A stretch of DNA of 64,000 nucleotides from Akkermansiaceae bacterium (GTDB lineage: Bacteria; Verrucomicrobiota; Verrucomicrobiia; Verrucomicrobiales; Akkermansiaceae). Where the stretch lies: the NCBI GenBank assembly GCA_905182475.1, contig CAJJBR010000044.1, positions 1,645-65,644 of the forward strand. The letters run 5' to 3'. This document shows positions 58,256 through 64,000 of the stretch, piece by piece. Within the stretch, counting starts at the first letter, position 1; every line of letters begins with the position of its first letter. A model generated the notes under the pieces. That model did no database searches. It was not told the DNA's origin and saw only the letters and a list, made by a program, of their open reading frames with translations. The translations under genes and the position numbers were made by a program.

Positions 58256-59386
58256 TTAGCGCGATTCGATGGAAGGAACCGGGATGAGGGTTTTTGGACC
58301 AGTGTAGAGAGTGAGCGGGCGATAAAGGCGGTTGTCCCGTAGCTGCTCAAGGACATGGGCAGTCCAACCCGAAGTGCGGGAAATCGCGAAGATCGGCGTG
58401 AAAAGATCGGTCGGGATGCCGAGGGAGTAATATACCGTAGCGGAGTAGAAATCGACGTTGGCTTCGAGCTTCTTGCGCTCACGCATGATTTCGGCAATGC
58501 GCTCGGACATCTTGATCCATTTCGGCTCGCCAAGTTCCTCGGTGAGCTGGACGGCCAGTTTCCGGAGATGAGGAGCGCGCGGATCGAGCACTTTGTAAAC
58601 CCGGTGGCCGATTCCCATGATCTTCTCTTTCCGTTCCAGCTTACCCTCGACCCATTCATCGACTTTTTCGAGTTCGCCGATTTCCTGGAGCATGTGGATG
58701 ACCCCTTCATTGGCACCGCCGTGGAGAGGGCCTTTTAGAGTCCCGATGGCCGCAGTAATTGCGGAATACATGTCGGAAAGGGTGGCTACCGTGACGCGGG
58801 CGGAAAACGTGGAGGCGTTCATACCGTGATCCGCGTGGAGGATCAGCGCTACATCGAGGATATGCGCCGCCATATCTGTGGGCACCTCACCGTTGATGAG
58901 GTAGAGGAAATGCTGAGCTTCGGTGAGATCTTCGCGGATCGGTGGAAGTTCAAGGTCGTTGCGAAAACGGTGAAACGCGGCGACGATGGTAGCCGTTTTC
59001 GAACAAAGCGAGAGGGCGATGGCAGCATTGGCATCGATGTCTGGTTCACCGATGGTGGCACGGGGATCGTAGAGGCCGAGCATGGAAACCGCTGTCCGGA
59101 GCACATCCATCGGGGAGGCGTCCTTGGGAGCGCATTTCAGGAAATCGATCACTTGCGCAGGCAGCTCCCTATCGGAGCGGAGACCCTTTTCGAAAGCGGC
59201 AAGTTCTTCAGGGTTAGGCAGACGGTTGTTGTGAAGAAGGAAGATAACTTCCTCGTAGCAGCAATTTTCCACAAGATCATCGATGTGGTAGCCGACATAG
59301 CTGAGTTCACCCACGTTTCCGATGACGTTGCTCAGAGAGGATTCGTTTGCGATGACCCCTTCGAGGCCGCGTGCGTATTCAGACAT
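58256..59386 (-). CDS. gltA: citrate synthase (short, CitZ/2-methylcitrate-synthase-like form)
   Basis: 376-aa ORF with LILHADHG, GPLHGGANE and MGIGHRVYK. Confidence 0.9.
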   Translation of the reverse strand: MSEYARGLEGVIANESSLSNVIGNVGELSYVGYHIDDLVENCCYEEVIFLLHNNRLPNPEELAAFEKGLRSDRELPAQVIDFLKCAPKDASPMDVLRTAVSMLGLYDPRATIGEPDIDANAAIALSLCSKTATIVAAFHRFRNDLELPPIREDLTEAQHFLYLINGEVPTDMAAHILDVALILHADHGMNASTFSARVTVATLSDMYSAITAAIGTLKGPLHGGANEGVIHMLQEIGELEKVDEWVEGKLERKEKIMGIGHRVYKVLDPRAPHLRKLAVQLTEELGEPKWIKMSERIAEIMRERKKLEANVDFYSATVYYSLGIPTDLFTPIFAISRTSGWTAHVLEQLRDNRLYRPLTLYTGPKTLIPVPSIESR

Positions 59387-59532
59387 GATTATAGGGAAAA
59401 AGTGGAGTTAAAGCGAACTGCAAGCAAGGAAGCGTTTTGCGTGTCGCGGTGCAAGGTAGAATCGTTTTGAAGGAGGAACAAAGGGAAAGAACACGCCCAA
59501 TGCCCCAAACCGCAGAAACTTCATGAGGGACA

Positions 59533-61119
59533 TCACCGGCCGCTGATTTGTGCGACAGCGCGTTGCGCAAGAACCCTGATACTGGGCTCTTCGTCATCTA
59601 CAAGCTTGCGCAACTCTGGAAGGCTCTTTTCGCTGCCAATCTCGCCAAGAATCACGAGAGCAGACCGGCGTAACGTTGCGCTCTCGGCATTCACCTGCTC
59701 GAGGACGTCCTGTTCGATCGCCTCGCCAAATTTCACATATCCGGATTGCCAAAGGTTGGGCTTCTTCAGCCACAGCTCATGAATGACGGGCGCAGCCCCC
59801 TCGGTTTGTTCCTTCACGACTAGCTCCACCAATGTCGCGGGCACCGGGATGTCCTCCGTGGTATATCTTTTTACGGCCTGCAGTGCAGCCTTGCCCGCTG
59901 AGCCGGTGTCCTCGGCCCAGGAAAGAAGTGCGCGGGCGATTTCACCGTGGAAGCGCACTCCCGGTTTACCCATGAGTTCAACGAGCATTCTGCTAATATC
60001 CGTCCGGTAGATTTTAGGCTCTGCAGCTGCGAAGCGCTCGACAGCACGCTCGACCCTGTCGATATCGATACTCATAAGCTCGCGCATATTAAGTTGATAA
60101 AATGCCGGATCACTCGCGTCGTTCAACTTCTCAGCGGAGCCAGCCACGAACTGTTCGTTATCCACCCGCACCACGATCACGCCAAGATCTGGATGCGTCT
60201 CCACTACCGAGCCTAGCTTTCCAGCGATACTCGCCACAGTTTCGAGGTCTCCCTCAACCCCGGTAAGTAGCATCAGGTAATTCCCGTCATCCCGTGGATA
60301 CGGATGGGAGCTAGGAGCAGCTAGAATTTCGCGAATGAGATAGTCTCGCGCGGTATACATATTCCGCTGAACCAGATTGGTCAGATAGACGCCGTAGGCT
60401 TTGGCTACTCCTCCGCCTTCTTCCAACCTGCTCCTCTCGGACTCCAATGGTTTTGTGCCAAAACGCTCTTTCAGCACCTCAAGAGGATCGACGGCCTCCA
60501 CGGGAAAAAGCGGTTCGGTGCCGCCTACCATTGGCTCGGGGCCTTTTTCACGGATGATATCATCTCCTTTTACAAATAAAGGAATACAGATCACTCCAGC
60601 AGCCATCAATATCCCGAAAAAAACTGCTTTCAGACGGGCGGTAGGGTTCGCATATAACAAAAGAACAAATCCAAGGATCGATATAAATCCTCCAATAACC
60701 AGTTTATTGGAAAGTTCCATTCCGCTGAAAGCCCCGCCCGAACCACCGGAGAAAAGGAAGAGCAGTGCGGTAATGATCATCATTCCGGCACCAGCAATCC
60801 CGGCGATCACTCGCAAGGGCGGGGTGGGGCCGAGTTGCTCCGGATGATTGAAATCCGCATAGCGCATCGTTTCCATCCCCTCAGGAACTGCCGCTGCAGA
60901 AAGTGGAACACGCTTAAACCGATTCAGATCCAGCCCGGCGCGCTCACCCGGGTAAAATTTCTTCGACCGGATGATCACCTCGTCATTGATCCGAAAGCGG
61001 GTGTCACATCCCCCGCACTCGACCATCCGTTCCATCAAGCCCTCGTCAACTTTGAAACGCTGGCGGCACGCAGGACAACGTATACTCAGGTCTTGGTTGC
61101 TTTCTAGGTCTTCGGACAT
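59533..61119 (-). CDS. zinc-ribbon (MJ0042-type) membrane protein with C-terminal HEAT-like repeats
   Basis: Preferred ATG 61119 (MSEDLESNQDLSIRCPACRQRFKV..VECGGCDTRFRI). Three or four TM segments. C-terminal ALVILGEIGSEKSLPELRKLVDDEEPSIRVLAQRAV. Confidence 0.6.
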   Translation of the reverse strand: MSEDLESNQDLSIRCPACRQRFKVDEGLMERMVECGGCDTRFRINDEVIIRSKKFYPGERAGLDLNRFKRVPLSAAAVPEGMETMRYADFNHPEQLGPTPPLRVIAGIAGAGMMIITALLFLFSGGSGGAFSGMELSNKLVIGGFISILGFVLLLYANPTARLKAVFFGILMAAGVICIPLFVKGDDIIREKGPEPMVGGTEPLFPVEAVDPLEVLKERFGTKPLESERSRLEEGGGVAKAYGVYLTNLVQRNMYTARDYLIREILAAPSSHPYPRDDGNYLMLLTGVEGDLETVASIAGKLGSVVETHPDLGVIVVRVDNEQFVAGSAEKLNDASDPAFYQLNMRELMSIDIDRVERAVERFAAAEPKIYRTDISRMLVELMGKPGVRFHGEIARALLSWAEDTGSAGKAALQAVKRYTTEDIPVPATLVELVVKEQTEGAAPVIHELWLKKPNLWQSGYVKFGEAIEQDVLEQVNAESATLRRSALVILGEIGSEKSLPELRKLVDDEEPSIRVLAQRAVAQISGR

Positions 61120-61259
61120 CAAGGTGCAAAGATTGGAACACGCACACAAAGATTGCAACCCTGCTTCCAAACAGACTAGAGGAAATTTACTTAAGATAAA
61201 TTAATGGTTGATATTACTTAAATTCGAGCTACAGCCGAACAACTCGATATTTAAAAGCT

Positions 61260-61814
61260 ATGGATACCCTACCCCTGCCTCCCCTGCCTCCCCTGCCTTC
61301 GGATACGCAAGAAGACGCCAAGGGCTACCGAAGGGCGTTCAGCGACGGATTCGTAGATGAGTCCGTAGTGCTCTCAGTCATTGCCAAGGGGTCTTACGAG
61401 CGAGTTTTCGTGAAACCGGAAGACATGGCTCTCTCCTCCAGTGAAGACGACTACGCAGGATGGTCCCTGCCGGTTCCCTCCCCATTCCGCAGCCTTCTTG
61501 ATATCGAAAATCCTGAACCAGCGCCCGAACCGAAACGCCCCGCTGCACCAAGCTTGGATGGCATCCTCAAATTTTCCGAACCGGGGATCGCCGAGCCTCA
61601 CCGCGGAAACCACCGCTGGCGGCTCTTCGCCATATCCGGAGCCATGACATGCGGGATTCTTTCCCTCACCCTCCTCAGCCTTGCCCAGCGCACAAGCCTC
61701 CGGGATGCAATGGCGGGCTACATACCCTCCGCACGCGAAGCGCCCGCCGTTGAAGTAGCTGCGATGGAACAAGAAGTCGTCCCGGCGGTTGTGCAGTTCA
61801 ATACCGGCGAGTAG
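61260..61814 (+). CDS. single-pass membrane protein with proline-rich N-terminus (hypothetical)
   Basis: 184-aa ORF with MDTLPLPPLPPLP and TM WRLFAISGAMTCGILSLTLLSLA. Confidence 0.45.
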   Translation: MDTLPLPPLPPLPSDTQEDAKGYRRAFSDGFVDESVVLSVIAKGSYERVFVKPEDMALSSSEDDYAGWSLPVPSPFRSLLDIENPEPAPEPKRPAAPSLDGILKFSEPGIAEPHRGNHRWRLFAISGAMTCGILSLTLLSLAQRTSLRDAMAGYIPSAREAPAVEVAAMEQEVVPAVVQFNTGE

Positions 61815-61976
61815 GCATCAAGGCATGGCGCAAAAAGCCACCTCCGTTTATACCTCAACGGCCCTTAAGAACTTCACCGTCATCTCTTCTTCCGGCGTTG
61901 GAAAAGGATCCCGAGATCGATCACTTCGAGCACCTCTGCAAAGGAATGGGCGGCGGGCGATATGCCGCAGGCGAGA

Positions 61977-62065
61977 GGAACCGTGATTTAGAAACCGCGT
62001 CGGCAACGGGAACGAGTATATCCGGCAATTTGCCGAGGTTGTCGCGATTTCTAAATCGCGGTTCC
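61977..62065. repeat. ~90-nt composite palindrome (long imperfect hairpin)
   Basis: Arms ggaaccgtgatttagaaaccgcg (61977-61999) and cgcgatttctaaatcgcggttcc (62043-62065), with 21 of 23 positions complementary. An inner pair tcggcaa / ttgccga extends it. The right arm contains the perfect palindrome cgcgattt-ct-aaatcgcg. Confidence 0.8.
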
Positions 62066-62123
62066 TTTCTGCTACGCAGCTAGCTCATGAGAAGTATAAA
62101 TGGTGCGGCGGGTCGAGGATGGT

Positions 62124-64000
62124 TTAGGCATCCTCCCCAAGTATCACGGAGACAGTCGGCCTTACTGCGAAAATGGCCTTCGCTACTTCGCGAACGGTTT
62201 CCGGGGTGAGGGATTTGTAGATCTCGGGGAGGTGGCGGTGGCTGTCTGCTGGGTTGCCGAATAGGAGATCTAGGGTGGCGTGGCGGGCGTTGGAAGCGGG
62301 GGATTGCTGCTGGAGGGCGGCTCCGCTGAGGACGGTGGAGCGGACTCGCTCAAAAGTGTCTTCGGGGATGCCTTCGGTGGCGATTTTTTGGATCTCCTTT
62401 TGCAGCTCGGTGGTGGCGAGATCGATCTGCTCTGGGGAGGTGGCGAGGTAGAAGGTGAAAAGGCCTTGATCGTAGCCGAGGAACTGAGTGGCGCCGACGC
62501 GGTATGCGAGGCCGAGTTCTTCGCGGATGCGGCCAAAGAGGGGGCCGGCCATGTCGGAGGCGTGCTCTTGGAGGAAGGCGAGGGCGTAGCGGTCGGTGCT
62601 GCTTATGGCTGCACCGGGGTAGCCGATTGCGAGGACTGCCTGTTTCTTGGGTAGGGTGGAGGAGATATTTTCCCCGGTGGATACCTGCGATGCGGGTGGA
62701 TTCCATTGTTCCCCGGTGGGGAGGTTTTTGAAATGACTTTCAAGGAGATCGATGAGGGCGGCGGGGTCGAAATCTCCGGCGACGGCGAGGGTGAAGTTCG
62801 CGGCGCAGAAGTGGCGGGAGTGGTGGGCAACGAGGTCGAGGCGCTCCAGTTTTGCTAGGGTCTCGATGGTCCCGAGGGAGTCTAGGGCGTAGCCTTGGAC
62901 GGAGTAGTGGCTGCGGCGGAGTGCTTTAAAACAGCAGTGAAGAGGATCGGCTAGGGCTTCCTCAAGGCAGGCGAGCTGGCTGGCTTTTTCTCGGGCAATG
63001 GATTCGCTTGGGAAGATGGGGTTCAGGATGACGTCCGCGAAGATATCGAGGATGGGGAGGATATCGGTGGAGAGGCCGGCGGCCTGGACGAGGAGGGCGT
63101 TATTACCGGCGGAGGCGCTGATATTTGCGCCGAGGGACTCGAGGGTGAGGGCGATCTCGTCCGCGCTACGGGAGGTGGTGCCCTTGTTGAGGGTGGTTGC
63201 GAAGAGCTGGTTGAGGCCGTTATTTTCAAGAGTTTCCGAAGGGAGTCCGGCGCGAGCGGCGGCTTGGAAATGGATGAGGGGGACGCGGTGATCTGGCAGG
63301 AGTGCGAGTTGGAGACCGTTGGAAAGGGTGTGGGTAGTGATGCCTTGCACGGCGGTTGCGGCTTTCTTCGCGGCGACGATTGGCTCGAAGCTCTTAGGAT
63401 CGAGTGATGTGAAGGTGAGGCGCTCTTCGGTGAGTTTCGCAGCTATGCGGCGGATGTCGGCGGGGGTGACGGCATTGATGAGGGCGAGGTAGGAGCGGGT
63501 GAAATTTAGATCGTGTGCCTCATGCCAGTTCGATGCGAGATCGGAGGCGCGGCCGGAGGCAGTGGTGAGGGTGCGGAACTGGCTGGCGGCGGTCTGGCGT
63601 TTCGCTTTTGCCAGATCGTCGTCGAGGGCGCTGGCGGCTAGCTCGGTAATTTCCGCGAGGATGGCGGCTTTTAGTTCGTCGCGTTTCTCCGGCTGAGATT
63701 CTGCTGAAATGGCGATGAGTCCCTCTTGGCCGGGATCGATCCAGGTCCATGCTGAAATTTCGAGGGCAAGCTCGCGCTGCTCGCGGAGGTGGAGGTGGAG
63801 GCGGGATGCGCGTCCTCGCCCGAGGATGGCGGCGAGGAGATCGTAGGCAGGTGCGTCTGGGTGGTCGATGGCCGGGGTTTTCCACGAAAGGCAGAGGCGA
63901 CTGGTGGGGATATCGAAGGTATCAAAGCCTTCGCGGGGGCCGACCTGCGGGGGATCGGCCTGGAGGTGTGGCTCGGGGCCGGAGACGATTTTGCAATCGG
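62124..64000 (-). CDS. M16 (insulinase/pitrilysin)-family peptidase, tandem two-unit protein, N-terminus beyond the window
   Basis: The track ORF 62124-63350 (second, HxxEH-less M16 unit) starts at a GTG, but the same frame stays open upstream to position 64000 (..AYDLLAAILGRGRASRLHLHLREQRELALEISAW..). This suggests one long polypeptide or a tightly fused pair. Confidence 0.7.
   Translation of the reverse strand, partial: DCKIVSGPEPHLQADPPQVGPREGFDTFDIPTSRLCLSWKTPAIDHPDAPAYDLLAAILGRGRASRLHLHLREQRELALEISAWTWIDPGQEGLIAISAESQPEKRDELKAAILAEITELAASALDDDLAKAKRQTAASQFRTLTTASGRASDLASNWHEAHDLNFTRSYLALINAVTPADIRRIAAKLTEERLTFTSLDPKSFEPIVAAKKAATAVQGITTHTLSNGLQLALLPDHRVPLIHFQAAARAGLPSETLENNGLNQLFATTLNKGTTSRSADEIALTLESLGANISASAGNNALLVQAAGLSTDILPILDIFADVILNPIFPSESIAREKASQLACLEEALADPLHCCFKALRRSHYSVQGYALDSLGTIETLAKLERLDLVAHHSRHFCAANFTLAVAGDFDPAALIDLLESHFKNLPTGEQWNPPASQVSTGENISSTLPKKQAVLAIGYPGAAISSTDRYALAFLQEHASDMAGPLFGRIREELGLAYRVGATQFLGYDQGLFTFYLATSPEQIDLATTELQKEIQKIATEGIPEDTFERVRSTVLSGAALQQQSPASNARHATLDLLFGNPADSHRHLPEIYKSLTPETVREVAKAIFAVRPTVSVILGEDA

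Noticed and set aside
1-64000. CRISPR arrays, rRNA genes, prophage structural modules
   Set aside because: No regularly spaced direct repeats, no rRNA-like conserved stretches, and no capsid, terminase or integrase ORFs were seen on either strand.

Overview
Moderately GC-rich, densely coding bacterial chromosomal segment. All calls come from reading the supplied translations and the DNA by eye; no database search was run. AT-rich, Shine-Dalgarno-poor leaders, many signal-peptide/TPR proteins and a DUF2934/histone-like protein hint at a PVC/Verrucomicrobiota-type genome, at low confidence.

Housekeeping genes recognised by motif: glnS, hpt, rlmN, sodA, rmuC, aroC, sixA, fabG, an FGGY kinase, amt, coaX, a ROK kinase, ilvC, prmC, murA, gltA and a tandem M16 peptidase.

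Accessory and degraded content:
- About 9.8 kb between hpt and rlmN (6509-16346) is a decaying accessory island. It holds a frameshifted DUF4338-ISAs1-like transposase remnant flanked by ~145-nt direct repeats, a LysR fragment, an intact hipBA module, a RayT-like fragment and a P1B-type ATPase with an SPC motif. It also holds a frameshifted single-ORF IS66-family element with perfect 14-bp terminal inverted repeats and an 8-bp target duplication that splits a small gene.
- A second accessory-like stretch (23.1-28.3 kb) packs three type II toxin-antitoxin pairs (vapBC, brnTA, parE plus antitoxin) among uncharacterised membrane and secreted genes.
- A degraded IS3 element lies at 57.1-57.9 kb.

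Candidates for uncharacterised biology, none provable from sequence alone:
- An eight-gene co-directional exbB-exbD-exbD-TPR(1008 aa)-secreted(301 aa)-TonB-dependent receptor-SBP-single permease cluster with no TonB, no second permease and no ABC ATPase.
- An orphan CHH-type ketoacyl synthase translationally coupled (ATGA overlap) to an L,D-transpeptidase::SerB-like HAD fusion.
- A GYF_2 protein carrying five tandem 2TM+bPH_2-like modules.
- Recurrent short AT-rich intergenic motifs.
- Two long composite palindromes.

A textbook sigma-54 promoter precedes amt. No rRNA, convincing tRNA or CRISPR array was seen.
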